Assembly: GCF_963506605.1 (NCBI RefSeq)
Contig: NC_083288.1
Coordinates: 27,776,001 to 27,840,000 of the forward strand
Origin: Zootoca vivipara
Taxonomy: Eukaryota
Length of the DNA stretch: 64,000 nt
Reading direction: 5' to 3'
Position numbers and translations under genes: made by a program. Positions 36,301 through 48,062 of the stretch are shown in pieces. The notes under the pieces are model-generated. The model had not been told where the DNA came from and ran no database searches. It saw only the letters and a list, made by a program, of their open reading frames with translations. Position 1 is the first letter of the stretch; each line of letters starts with the position of its first letter.

Positions 36301-37007
36301 AAGTAAGCATGTATTTATTTCATAAAGTTTACATTCTGCTCGATTGTAAAAATAGCAACACTCAAATGCATGTGTAACACCGTATCTTTGACGTATCCAG
36401 AATAACCTATGCCTCTCAATATGGTGTTTTTGTTTTGCTGCTCTCTCTCTGTTCACATCTCTGAATTTTTGCATCCAGTTCCCATGTGGAATTTAGGTAC
36501 TTAAACAACGAAGTGTGCAGGGATTTGGAACTAAACAAATGAATCTCCAGTGACAGCAAATAATAAGGGATACAAAAACACACCTTATTTCATTTTTTCC
36601 TGGTAGAAGCTATAGAATAGTAATATTCACTTTGCAGTATACTTCTTTTCTTCCCACCTTAATCTCATATCTTCATATGACTCAAGGGCTGAAGATGGGG
36701 AGAAAATTGGAATCTGACATTTCTGCATAATTCAGTCAAATTCAATGTGATTTGATGATTTGAATCCTCCAATTTCTCAGTCTACTTCATGAGCTGTAAG
36801 TAATTAAGAGCACAATGGGAGACGTCAATGAAATATTGTTTTCTATTTCTGATTGGTAGAGAGAACATTTCGGAAAGTATTCCTGAAACAATAGTGGTCA
36901 GCTTTTTATCCCTTCTAAAGCTGAGCTTATGTCAGATTTAAGAAAGATTTTTTGGTGTGTGTGTTATATGCTATGGATGTTTGCCTCCCATTTATCTTAG
37001 TTAATTT

Positions 37008-37184
37008 AGGGGAAGGGGCACAGTTCAGTGGTAGAGCATCTGCTTTGAATGAGATATTCCCAGATTCAATTGTTGGCATCTCTAGATAGGACTGGGAAAA
37101 GCTTCTGCCTAAAATCCTAGTCAGTGTGGACAATACTTAGCTAGATGGACAATACAGCCAAATGAACAAATGTTCTATGTTCCT
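37008..37184 (+). mobile_element. tRNA-derived SINE
   Basis: A-box-like TCAGTGGTAGAGC, B-box-like GATTCAAT, tail CTATGTTCCT; related copies at 42560 and 60985. Confidence 0.6.
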
Positions 37185-37771
37185 GATATCATGATCCATG
37201 TTCTCTTTAGTATTCAAGTGAAACTGGTTTGTTAATATGGTCAATGTTAGGAATGCTGAAAGGGTAAAGACTCTATAAATCAGGGGTACATAGGGAAGTT
37301 GTGGCTCCCCGTATGTTGTTGGACTCCACATCCCATCAACCCCATACTGTGAAATCATTGGTCATACTGACTGGGTCTGATGGATTGTGAAGTCCATCAA
37401 TATCTATAAATCCTACTGTAAACTTAGGGATTCTTGAGGATTTTTGCAAATTCTGATCTGAACTGACATTAAACCACAAGTCCAGAACTAATATGAAGCT
37501 CAGAACCTTGTTAGTAACGGGCTTTTACCCTTGCAAAAAGTTCTAATGCAGCTCTTGACACAAAAAATATTATTATTATTTTATTAAGCATATTTTGAGA
37601 GCATTTTTTTTTAGAATGGGCATTTTGAGTTAAACAAACAAACAAACATTGTGCAGAATTTTTTTCATTGCACAGATTAGTGGAGAAATGGAATATCACA
37701 AAAAAGTAACCCAGTGCTTCAAATCAGTGCATCCAAGTATTTCTCTTTTTTTGTGATTGCTTCTTTTAGAT

Positions 37772-38746
37772 ATGGAGGATGCTGAAGAATTTCAATGGGA
37801 AAATTACACAGAGATGAATGAATTTATACTTCAAGGATTTTCAGATTTCCAAGAACTTCAGGCTTTGCTCATTGCTGCAATATTTGCCTTCTACTTAGTA
37901 TCTATCATAGGAAATGGTCTTATATTTACTCTAATAGGAGCCTGTCCGACATTACACACCCCTATGTATTTTCTTCTCAGAAACCTGTCCTTCCTAGAGG
38001 TCTGCTACACTTCAGTCACTGTGCCCAAGATGTTGGCTAACTTCATGTTGGACACCAGAAGCATCTCCTACCCTGGATGCCTTCTACAGATGTACTGCTT
38101 TGCTCTTTCAGGAACTGCTGAGTCCTTCCTTTTGACAGCCATGGCATATGATCGCTATGTAGCAATATGTCACCCTTTGCGTTACTTCCTAACGATGAGC
38201 CAGAGTGTGTGTATAGGACTAGTAGCTGGTTCATGGCTTGGTGGGACCATTGTAGCTTTCATACACGCCATGTTGATGCTCAGGTTAACTTTCTGTCACT
38301 CCAACACAATTGACCACTTTTTCTGTGACGTTGTGCCATTAATCAAACTGGCCTGTGGGGACACCTCTGTGAATGAGATTACACTTTTAGTGATTGCTAC
38401 TTTTGTAGTGATGACCCTTTTCTTGCTGATCCTTATTTCATATATTTATATAATTTCCACTGTTCTTGCAATGCCTTCTGCCGAGGGCAGGCGCAAAGCG
38501 TTCTCCACTTGCTCGTCCCACCTGATGGTGGTCTCTCTGTTCTATGGAACATGTAGTGCAATGTATTTAGGGAACACTTCTTCCTCATCAGAAATGGGAA
38601 GTAGGAATAATAAATTAATTACCCTTCTCTATACAGTGGTGACCCCAATGTTAAACCCTATTATCTATAGTCTGAGAAATAAGGAAGTGAAAGGAGCCCT
38701 TAAAACGATAATAGACAGGCTAAGAAATATCAAGCATGAACGTTGA
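37772..38746 (+). CDS. Class II olfactory receptor (OR-7, 324 aa)
   Basis: Intact OR motifs; acceptor TTCTTTTAG ending 37769; NYT sequon. Confidence 0.93.
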   Translation: MEDAEEFQWENYTEMNEFILQGFSDFQELQALLIAAIFAFYLVSIIGNGLIFTLIGACPTLHTPMYFLLRNLSFLEVCYTSVTVPKMLANFMLDTRSISYPGCLLQMYCFALSGTAESFLLTAMAYDRYVAICHPLRYFLTMSQSVCIGLVAGSWLGGTIVAFIHAMLMLRLTFCHSNTIDHFFCDVVPLIKLACGDTSVNEITLLVIATFVVMTLFLLILISYIYIISTVLAMPSAEGRRKAFSTCSSHLMVVSLFYGTCSAMYLGNTSSSSEMGSRNNKLITLLYTVVTPMLNPIIYSLRNKEVKGALKTIIDRLRNIKHER

Positions 38747-39279
38747 TGAGGTTGTTTGTATTTCTGTTCCTTCTAACAGTTAGACATTGTAAATGCAAGG
38801 TTTGTTTTAATGATTTCTATTATTTCCTTAGACATTTGTTAAGAAACTATCACCCTTCAGATGTTGAATAACTGCCACCATCTGTGAGCGGAGCAGGTGG
38901 ATGAATGACTAGACAAAATAAATAAGTGTGCTCTGTCATGGCTTCCATAAAGAATCACAGGAACTGCAGTTTGGTGCGAAAGCCACAGAGAACTTTTCTA
39001 CTAGAAATTTCATTTCTTCTCACTGAACTAGAAATTCCCATGGTTCTCTGGAAGAGGGAATGGCCTGTCTATCATTAGCACAATTCTGATGCGTCTGCCC
39101 CCCCCCCTTACCATTCTCCATCAATTAAGGAGAACAGAAATTGCATTCAGACACAAACAAAACTCAAACCTATGACTAGCTGGAATTAATTGCTTGCTGT
39201 AAATGTCTAGTGGGCTCACTCTTTGTCATCACTGTCTTGCCTGCCCTTTCCACCTGCACAGTGCCTGGACTTTCTTGGG

Positions 39280-40767
39280 TAGGGTTGCCAGACTCAATAG
39301 TGGACAGGACTTCTGTGCCTTTAATTGCCCTGCTCTCTTTTGAATCTGGAAACCTTAAAGAGAAACCAGCAGACCCTTTGTTTAATTTCCAAGCAAAGGG
39401 TCTGCTGGTTTCTCTTTAAGGTTTCCAGACTCAAAAGAGAGCAGGGCAAGGAGTTCCGCTTCCGCCTGCAGGAATGGCTGACCCTTGTTCCATCCCTCCG
39501 ACCTTCATGAGGAATTCGGCGGTTGCCAGGGGAGTTAAAGGCAACCCCCTTACCTCTCCGGGGGTTACAGAGAGGGCCCGCGGGCCCGCGATGCCCCCAA
39601 ACCCACTCCGACTGTTCAAGGAGTGGGGGGGGGGGCCTGGGCTGAGAGCACTCATGAAATGTCGGATCTCCCGGACGCCAACTTGCAGAGCGGGATCTCC
39701 ATGATTAAAGAAGATAATTAGGCGTATTCATGGACATGCTTCGGAAGGAGGGGAAGAAGCTCTGTTTACTGCCAAGGAATTTGTGCTGCTGAGGGTGAGA
39801 AGTCAAAGCTGTATTTTATCTGGAAGAAAGATTGATGGGGACGTAACGAGAAGGGAAGCGAACTTTTTTATTTTTTTTTTCATATACTCTACGAGTTACT
39901 CCATACCTTCCCGGATGGGACGTCCTTGTTTGTTTGGAACAAATGAGAGATAAAGAATACCTGAGTGAGTAATGAATTATAAACTATTCTATTGAGCATA
40001 TCCTTTGAAGTTGTAAAACTACTGAAGAGAGAGGCCCCCCTTTAACTGGACGGTCGGAGTCCCTGGAATGCGTTCGGTGGATTTATGGTTGTGACACACT
40101 TTGAATTTGAACAGCGATCTGAAGCTAAGTTCAGCTACAGGGCAAGGAGAGCCACAAACTTATCAAGAGTCTATGCATAATGTGACTGCTGTTTCTTTGC
40201 CTGGAAAAGCTGTAAATTTTACAAATATCGTTGGTTTAAAAAATAAAAAGCTTAAGAAAGCGAAAGTGATCTAAGCTTTTTAAGATGGCGCTGCTCCGTG
40301 TTGAAATGCTGACACAACAGGACATTCCAGACAGAAGATATATGGGGGGGGGGCAGGACGATTAAAACTCACACAGGAGAAGAATATATGTGAACTCTCG
40401 TTTGATACTTATTTCAGCAGCTGTGAAAAAATCGGATGAAAGAAGAAAATATTTTAGTGACTGGTGGGGAAAGATCGGGATTATTTTGGATTTTGAGTGA
40501 AGATTTGGACTTTAGAAAAAGACGGCAGTAGACGGGTGCGAGGAATCCCCAAATTTTTGAAGCATGGGAACTCCAGAAAATATTATATGATTTGGCATAA
40601 TATTCGGTTTAATTGATATGTATTCGTATAATTTGAAATAATGAATGTGATATAATCGTGTTTTAATTGGAAAATTAATAAAAATAGATTATTTTAAAAA
40701 AAGAAAAAAGAGAGCAGGGCAATTAAAGGCACAGAAGTCCTGTCCACTATTGAGTCTGGCAACCCTA
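39280..40767. mobile_element. Fully palindromic hAT MITE (~215 bp) split by a retroposed insertion
   Basis: TAGGGTTGCCAGACTCAATAG.. / ..CTATTGAGTCTGGCAACCCTA; perfect TSD TTCTTGGG (39272-39279, 40768-40775). Confidence 0.93.
39450..40705 (+). mobile_element. 1.26-kb non-coding element with L1 retrotransposition hallmarks
   Basis: 17-bp TSD AAAAGAGAGCAGGGCAA (39433-39449, 40706-40722); AATAAA and A-tail; GC/CpG-rich 5' end; no long ORF. Confidence 0.85.
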
Positions 40768-41503
40768 TTCTTGGGATGGAGGAATGTCAAAGATTGGAAC
40801 AATTTCCAAGGGGGGAGTTGCACTCCCTCTCACACAAATGAACATAAAGTGGCAAGCAGCTATAGAAAAGGCAAGCACTCAAAAAGGGAGGGAGGGGAAG
40901 AAAAAAATACAACAATTTATGTTTCAGCTACTCTTACTTAAAAGCAAGGAGCATTCCTTAGAAATCCAGAAGCCCACTCAACGTGGAAGTCAACTCAATC
41001 CATTTATATTGCCTTTCCACATCCTTAATAACTCTCATTTCCCCTCTGCATTCATTTCCTCTAACACTGATCCTCAATTATATCACAGAGAACATGGCTC
41101 AATACTAAGTCCATTTCAATTTTAATGTAAAAGCTGGTGTCACCTGCAGGATACAATGTGTTGGTTTGTCCCAAGAACACTCCAATGATGCATAATGCAT
41201 TTGGTAGCTCATGTTTAAATTCACCTCTCTTTGACAGCTGAAGCATCATGCCTAACTATCGAGCTGTGTTAGTGGCTGAAGACAAACAATAAGAGTTCAC
41301 AAAGGGCAATGGGAGGCCTTTGAACATGAAAATAAACAGTGTCATTGAGGGTCATGCACGCTGATTTTGGAGGGAAATAACCCAAAGGATCTTGGGCGAA
41401 ATCACCCCCAAATAGCAGCAAGACACTCAAGGGTTATTGGAAACAATGTGGAAGTTAAAAACAGCAAGGCTTGTTTTGCAAAAGCTGCTTGACCTGCTGC
41501 TGT

Positions 41504-41679
41504 CAATGGTGGATTTTGGTCTTTCAAATTCAGTGGCACCCTGTGTGTGGTTAAAATTTGGTCCTGCTCCCCTTGCACCTCTCGTCTTCTGTTCATCATA
41601 GCTACAAGAGCCTATGGCGCCCCCTAGGCTTGGTGCACAGTGCAGTGGAACTGGTCCCACTTCCCCAAATCCACCACTG
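41504..41679. mobile_element. MITE, degenerate
   Basis: CAATGGTGGATTT / AAATCCACCACTG TIRs; flanks CTGCTGT / CTGCTTT. Confidence 0.55.
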
Positions 41680-42380
41680 CTGCTTTAGTGGCTGCTGTAA
41701 AGTATCCAGTTTTTTGGGGGGGAGGGAGGTTTAGTCTCTGTGGGTCATGAAAACCTCCTGGTGGCCAAATATGGGCCACAGGATAGCCATACCTGTTTTA
41801 CATACAGATTACTAGCCCACAAGGGCAGCTTGCAATAATTTTAAATCACAATGTGAATAAATATGTATAATAAAGAATTAAGAGTTTTTTCTTTGTTTAC
41901 ATGAGGGGATGGGATATCACAGTTTGGGATGGATGCATCACTGTGTATACAGTGTCCTTGTATGGGAAAAAAGATGCCTTGGTACAGCAGCCATCCCCCA
42001 ACCCCCCGTCCCATACAAATCCTCAGGAAGTCATTGTACATTATGACCACTTTCAGGTGGTCACAGAGCTGTTCTTAATTATACACTGGTTGATTGTGAG
42101 AATGGAGACCAGGGAAGACCTTAGAGTGCCATACCACACAATTCTTTGTAAATGACAACACTTTGGGGACCACTTCCTTTTCTATGATTCTATAGCCCAG
42201 AGGTTGTAATGCACATTTGGGGTGCTCAAACATTATTATTTTTAATGTCTCCCAAGACTCCACCAATTTGGTGGTGGTGGTAAAATCATTTGATGAGTGG
42301 AGTGCGGGCAATAGATCTTCCTTCTCAGTTGATTTGCATGGATCATCTTGTGAAGCAGAGACGACTATGTCCATGTATGC

Positions 42381-42386
<6 letters not shown>

Positions 42387-42448
<62 letters not shown>
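42387..42448. repeat. (CT)n(GT)n compound microsatellite
   Basis: Direct sequence. Confidence 0.9.
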
Positions 42449-42559
42449 CACATGCATGTGTGTGCATACAGGTGCAGGTGTGTGTGAGAGAGTGAGTAGG
42501 ATTGGCTATGTACCCACAATAGAACCTAGTCTGCAATATTAGACTATGCTAGTGAAGGA

Positions 42560-42741
42560 CTGTTTCTCAGTGTGCCCATGCTATGCAGGCAAAAGCTCCT
42601 AGCTTCAAACCACAGCATCTCCAGGTAGGGCTGGGGAAAGACTCCTATCTGAGACCCTGGACAGCCAGTCTGTGTTGACTGTGGTGAGCTAAAGTGCCCA
42701 ATGTTCCAACTTGGTGTGATGCAGCTTCATATGTTCCTATG
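42560..42741 (+). mobile_element. tRNA-derived SINE, same family as 37008
   Basis: GCATCTCCAGGTAGGGCTGGGGAAAGACTCC..CATATGTTCCTATG. Confidence 0.6.
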
Positions 42742-44175
42742 TAAGTGAATCATATAGTAACTAGCATTCTAGAAGGAATGTCATTGAGTTTTTGACTAGG
42801 TAGACATTGGTGCATGGTGTGGTGATTGCATAGCACAGAAAGAGGTGATGTAACCAACAGAGATATACTCCCTCCTACTTCTAAATGGCACCTCCCATTT
42901 GATCAAGTAAACATGAATATAATGAGAACAAGGATAAATTGATTCTCTGTTTGCTCTCTTGCCTCCCTTCCACTCTCTGACAAACTTTCTGCTCCCTTCA
43001 ATTTGAGCAGAGCTAGTTTTGATCCTTCCTGGGTAGTCTGTAACAGGAAATGCTTGCGGTGAGACGGGCCAGTGGAGATTGGAGACTCAAGAGAGACGGA
43101 ACAAGTAAGCTTTGAACAAAACATCCATGTAGTTTAACAAGTTTAAAGTAATTTCACTAGATCACTTTTGGGGGAGGAAAATAGCTTTTTACAAAGTATA
43201 TATGTAAGTGCTTATGTTCCTGGGATATGATGCGAAGCCACATGAGTCCACCACCTTGCTAAAGCAAGGCAGGTCTGGCCAGCAACTTTGTGAGTGGCCA
43301 CCTGAACATTTTGGCCAGTACACTTGCATTGGCCAGTACACGTGAAGGGAGGACTAAGTTAATTTCTTAAGGAGTAATTGCCTGTCCACATGCTTTCCCT
43401 TAAATCTCCAAAAGTAAAAGGGCCAGAGACATGATTTTACAAATTAAAGCTAAACATTCAGGGAGAGGGTCTGGAATATTTCTAAAAGGGTCAAGGCTGT
43501 TCTTGTAGCTACAACAACATTTCCTTCCCTGCTCCATTTACAATACTTGATTGGACTTTGCCTCTCCAGACTCTCAGGTATAAGAACTGGGATGTGGGTC
43601 CTGGTGCCCCTCATCTCCCAGACTGCATTATTGGGTCTTTGCTCATTTACTTCATTTTCATCTAGCTTTGTCATCATTTTAAGCAGAGTCTGGGCAACCA
43701 TCTCTCAGGGATTCTGCACTTGTATCCTTCATTGTGCATTCTACATTCTACCTCCTGCACTCAGCAGAAGGTTGAAACAAATGACCTCCAAGGTGATTTC
43801 CAAGGTCGCTCCCGACTCTATGATAATTCTATAGTTCTGTGATATTTTGATTTTGCACACACACCGGGCCTGCGCCCTTGGCAGTGGCCAGCCTAGCCAA
43901 CCCCTAGGTATGCCCCTGACTCAGAGAATATGACCACTAACAGATAAAAGCATAATGTTTCCAACATTCATTATTGGGCTACAGAAAAGCCTCTTACCAC
44001 CATGGCGATCAAAGTCGGTAACTAAATTCGCACATACAGTAAAACAATCATAAATGGATCAGTTAAATTCCCCAAAACATAAACAGCCAAGCAGATAACT
44101 AAAAAAGAATCAGCATAAAATACCAAACTTAATGAAAAGTCCACCTGAACTGCATTCTCTTCACTTAGCTGGGTA

Positions 44176-44527
44176 GTAAAGGTAAAGGGACTCCTGACTA
44201 TTAGGTCCAGTCGTGACTGACTCTGGGGTTGCGGCGCTCATCTTGTGTTATTGGCCGAGGGAGCCGGCGTACAGCTTCCAGGTCATGTGGCCAGCATGAA
44301 AAAGCTGTTTCTGGCGACACAGAGCAGCACACGGAAACGCTGTTTTCCTTCCCACTGTATTTATCTATTTATCTATTTATCTACTTGCACTTTGATGTGC
44401 TTTCAAACTTGCTAGGTTGGCAGGAGCTGGGATCGAGCAATGGGAACTCACCCCGTTTCAGGGATTCGAACCGCCAACCTTCTGATCGGCAAGCCCTAGG
44501 CTCAGTGGTTTAACCCACAGTGCCAGC
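44176..44527 (-). mobile_element. Sauria SINE
   Basis: GTAAAGGTAAAGGG tail, GGTCATGTGGCCAGCATG core, GGGATTCGAACC B-box, ends TAACCCACAGTGCCA. Confidence 0.85.
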
Positions 44528-44689
44528 CGGGTACTAGAAGGTAAAATAAAAAATAAAAAATAGGGCAGTGGGGAGGAGGAGATGAAAAACCAGGGAGTAG
44601 CTACAGAAAAGTCCTTCTCATGACTCGAAAACAATCCAGAACCCACTTACATTAGGATGAGAAGAGCCTCTAGCAAAGGAATGGGAAAG

Positions 44690-44692
<3 letters not shown>

Positions 44693-44739
<47 letters not shown>
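44693..44739. repeat. (CA)n microsatellite
   Basis: Direct sequence. Confidence 0.9.
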
Positions 44740-44742
<3 letters not shown>

Positions 44743-44895
44743 ATGCTGTTGGACTCCAGTTCCCATCTCCCTTGACATTTGCTCATAGTGGTTCGTGCTG
44801 ATAGGAGTAGGGGAAGTATATAGAAATTTTGCTTGCACTGGTTAATGTGTCTTCTCTGTCATGACTATCTCTCTTCAGACTAAAGGGATCCAAAC

Positions 44896-45825
44896 ATGGC
44901 ACGAGATAATCACACTGCATTTTCTGACTTCATTCTCCTTGGATACTCCGATCTCCCAGATCTCCAAGGTTTGCTCTTTCTGGTGTTCCTATTCATCTAT
45001 ACAGAAATCCTGATAGGAAATGGACTAATCATTTGCATTACTGTAACAGACCTTGCCCTTCACACCCCCATGTATTTCTTCTTGAAGAACCTGTCTTTTC
45101 TGGAGATCTGCTACACCTCAGTCACCCTTCCAAAGATGCTGGTCAATTTCATTGTGGAAAACAAGAGCATTTCATTCATTGGCTGTGCTGCCCAGATCTA
45201 TTTCTTGCTTTTACTAGGAGGCACTGAGTGCTTGCTTCTTGCTGCCATGGCTTATGACCGATATGTGGCCATCTGTAACCCTTTACATTATAAACTCATC
45301 ATGAGCAAGCAATTCTGTTTAGGGCTCATCGCTGGAGCATTGACTGTCAATATGCCAATACATGTAGTGCAGACCTATCTAGTGTTCATTTTGCCCTTTT
45401 GTGACTCTCGTGAAATCAACAGTTTATTCTGCGATATCCCCCCATTGCTTGAGTTGGCCTGTGCTGGCACCAACATTAATAAAGTGAGTGTGTTTGTAGC
45501 TGGCATGCTTTTGATTGTCATGCCCTTTTTCCTTATCCTTGCCTCTTATGTCAAAATAATCTCTGCTATTCTGAAGATGCCTTCAGCGGAAAGTCGGATG
45601 AAAGTGTTTTCTACTTGCTCCTCACACATCATTGTGGTATCTCTCTTCTATGGCTCAGCTACTATTGTATATTTGAGTCCTAGGTCAAAGGAGACAGAAG
45701 ACATTAATAAGTTGCTTTCCTTGTTTTATACCATTTTAGTTCCTATGTTTAACCCAATCATATATAGCCTGAGAAACAGGGAAGTGAAGACTTCCCTGGT
45801 GAAATTGCTGTGCAAAAAAATGTGA
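44896..45825 (+). CDS. Class II olfactory receptor (OR-8, 309 aa; OR10-like)
   Basis: Intact OR motifs; acceptor CTCTTCAG 17 nt upstream; close paralog of OR-9. Confidence 0.95.
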   Translation: MARDNHTAFSDFILLGYSDLPDLQGLLFLVFLFIYTEILIGNGLIICITVTDLALHTPMYFFLKNLSFLEICYTSVTLPKMLVNFIVENKSISFIGCAAQIYFLLLLGGTECLLLAAMAYDRYVAICNPLHYKLIMSKQFCLGLIAGALTVNMPIHVVQTYLVFILPFCDSREINSLFCDIPPLLELACAGTNINKVSVFVAGMLLIVMPFFLILASYVKIISAILKMPSAESRMKVFSTCSSHIIVVSLFYGSATIVYLSPRSKETEDINKLLSLFYTILVPMFNPIIYSLRNREVKTSLVKLLCKKM

Positions 45826-45980
45826 TACAATGCTTTGAATGTACTTGAAATATTTTGTTGTTGCCAAAACAGTTTCGGAAAATAGAATTTCCATCATCTT
45901 GGGAAGATGCATCCTAAGAGCATCCTAAATTTAAAAAAGCAATAATGGTATATTTTTTCCAGAATGATAATAAGGAAGAT

Positions 45981-46117
45981 TAGGGTTGCCATATGTCCTC
46001 TTTTTTCCAGGCCACATCCTCTTTTTTTATGGGTAGAGTCATCATAGCTATCCATAGTTAAAACTAGAAGTCTGCCAATGTGTCCTCTTTCTTGCTCTTC
46101 AAAATATGGCAGCCCTA
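45981..46117. mobile_element. hAT-type MITE
   Basis: TAGGGTTGCCATAT / ATATGGCAGCCCTA TIRs; TSD not evident. Confidence 0.6.
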
Positions 46118-47604
46118 CCTGAAATTTATACTTCTTCTCCCCCCCCACCCTTTAGCAACTGTTTTTCACTCCCCTATCCCTTGCATTCAATGCCTCTACC
46201 ACTTCCCTGCTTCTGGCAATATGATTTGTGACCTTTCCATACCCATTGTTTTTCAGTAAGCTTTCCACCAAAGGTTCCTAAGGCAGCAAAGAACAATAGC
46301 AAATAAAATTGTTGCTGATTAAAATATAAAGAGGAATCGCAATAAAACAGTGTTTGATGTGGACAGAAAGGGCCCTTTCAGTTTTCTCATTCATCTCCTT
46401 CATGGAGACATTTGGGAGAGGTTGATGGATGGATTTACTCAGTGCTTTTTATATTAAAAATAGTTTAGGGGTACTCTCATTTTGACTCAAGGAAATTAAC
46501 ATTTTATAGAAATAGACCTGTGGTGGGGGAGAGAAGGAAGTTCCACCGAAGCAGTTTCTGGGGTGGCCTTCTGCCTCCTGGAATAATTCTCACTGGACAG
46601 TTGGTGGTAAATGGTCCTGTGTGTTGTTGAGGAAAGGCAGTTTAGCTGGAAGCTCTGAGGCGGTCATTGCCTGCCTCTCTCTCCTGAAATTATTCCCATG
46701 GGAAGTTGATGGGAGGGTGTTTGAATAGGTGAAGCACATTTCTTTTAAGCCTATTTAATTTGCTTCAGAAATTGACATGATAACAAACGTATGTGTACCC
46801 TTACTTCTGGGTAACCTATATCAATGCTCCTAGATCTCTCACATCAGAGTAAGCTTCTTCAGGAAAAGTTGCCTAAAGGAACCGCTTCCTGTTGCCAAAA
46901 TTTAATTAGACATTTTCTAATGAAAGTCCATTACAGTTGAGACAATTTCCCTAGATAACACCCACAATTGCACTTCTAAATATGTGTATGTATACAAATA
47001 TATAATTGCATATCATTTTTAAGTGGCTTTCTTAAACTTATCCCTTTGGATTAACATAACTGTCAAATGTATTTAAAATATCTAAATGGTTGGTTTGTAA
47101 CATGTAAATTTAGAACGAGTTGCTTTTCTCTTTGAGCGAAATGATGCATTCTTATGGACCCTCAAGGAAATAAAATGTTGAAATGAAACTCTTTATTCAC
47201 AACACAGGTAAGATGATGCTTTTGTTCTGCTTAACTGTATATTCGCATCAGGGTTTCAGGAGTGTTTTCAATCACTCTGTCTTTTTCTTTTCTTTTCCCT
47301 TTCGCATACCTTATAGACAAGTAGATTCCTCCTGTTGTGTTCTTCAAGCTTCCAAACCTATGCATATTTGTCTGGGTGTAGAGCTCACAGAACTAAATAT
47401 TTATTTATCTATATATTTAAAACATTTATATGCTGCCCTTAAGTGAAAAGACTCTCTTAAGGCATCATCCATAGAACACCAATATGCCATACAATAAGAA
47501 ACAAATTAATGAAACAGTCTTCCAGCAAATATTAAAAGAAAGAAATATCCAATCCAGAATTAAACCAGAACTATAATTAAGACTGAACATAGCCAAAAGC
47601 ATGG

Positions 47605-48021
47605 TGTGAGGGACAAGGGATACAGGGAAGTCCCTCCCATCTTAAGTTCCAGCCCATCCCCAAGCGCTGGAGAGAGTAAGGAGAGCTCTGCCTCCAGCGG
47701 AGAGTCAGGAAGTGGTGTCCGAGGCTCAGGCAGGGTTGCGGAGCCCATGCCTCAGGTGGGACAGGAAGTTGGACGCACGGGGGGGAGGCCAATCCCCCCA
47801 ACTCCCGAATTGCGACGCAAACGTAGGGGGAAGAGGTTGGGTCTGCCAAAGCTGTGGTGCTGGAAGAAAACGCGCCAATCGCCATTCGGGAGTTCAGACA
47901 CCTCACCTTAAGGATGCATTTTTATTGCTCTGAACACTGTAAATAATCAGCACTTAATAAAAGCCTTAAAAGACCATGCTGGAGTCGTTACTCTAGAGTA
48001 GCCATACCAGGCCCTCTGACA
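47605..48021 (+). repeat. 5' LTR
   Basis: TG..CA; AATAAA at about 47956; 6 substitutions versus the 3' LTR by manual comparison. Confidence 0.97.
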
Positions 48022-48023
48022 GC

Positions 48024-48034
48024 AACTCCCGAAT
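48024..48034 (+). promoter_or_regulatory. Self-priming primer-binding site
   Basis: AACTCCCGAAT is the exact reverse complement of LTR 47884-47894; no TGG tRNA-type PBS is present. Confidence 0.8.
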
Positions 48035-48062
48035 CTTTTTTTGGCTACTTTGGAGTGCAGCG

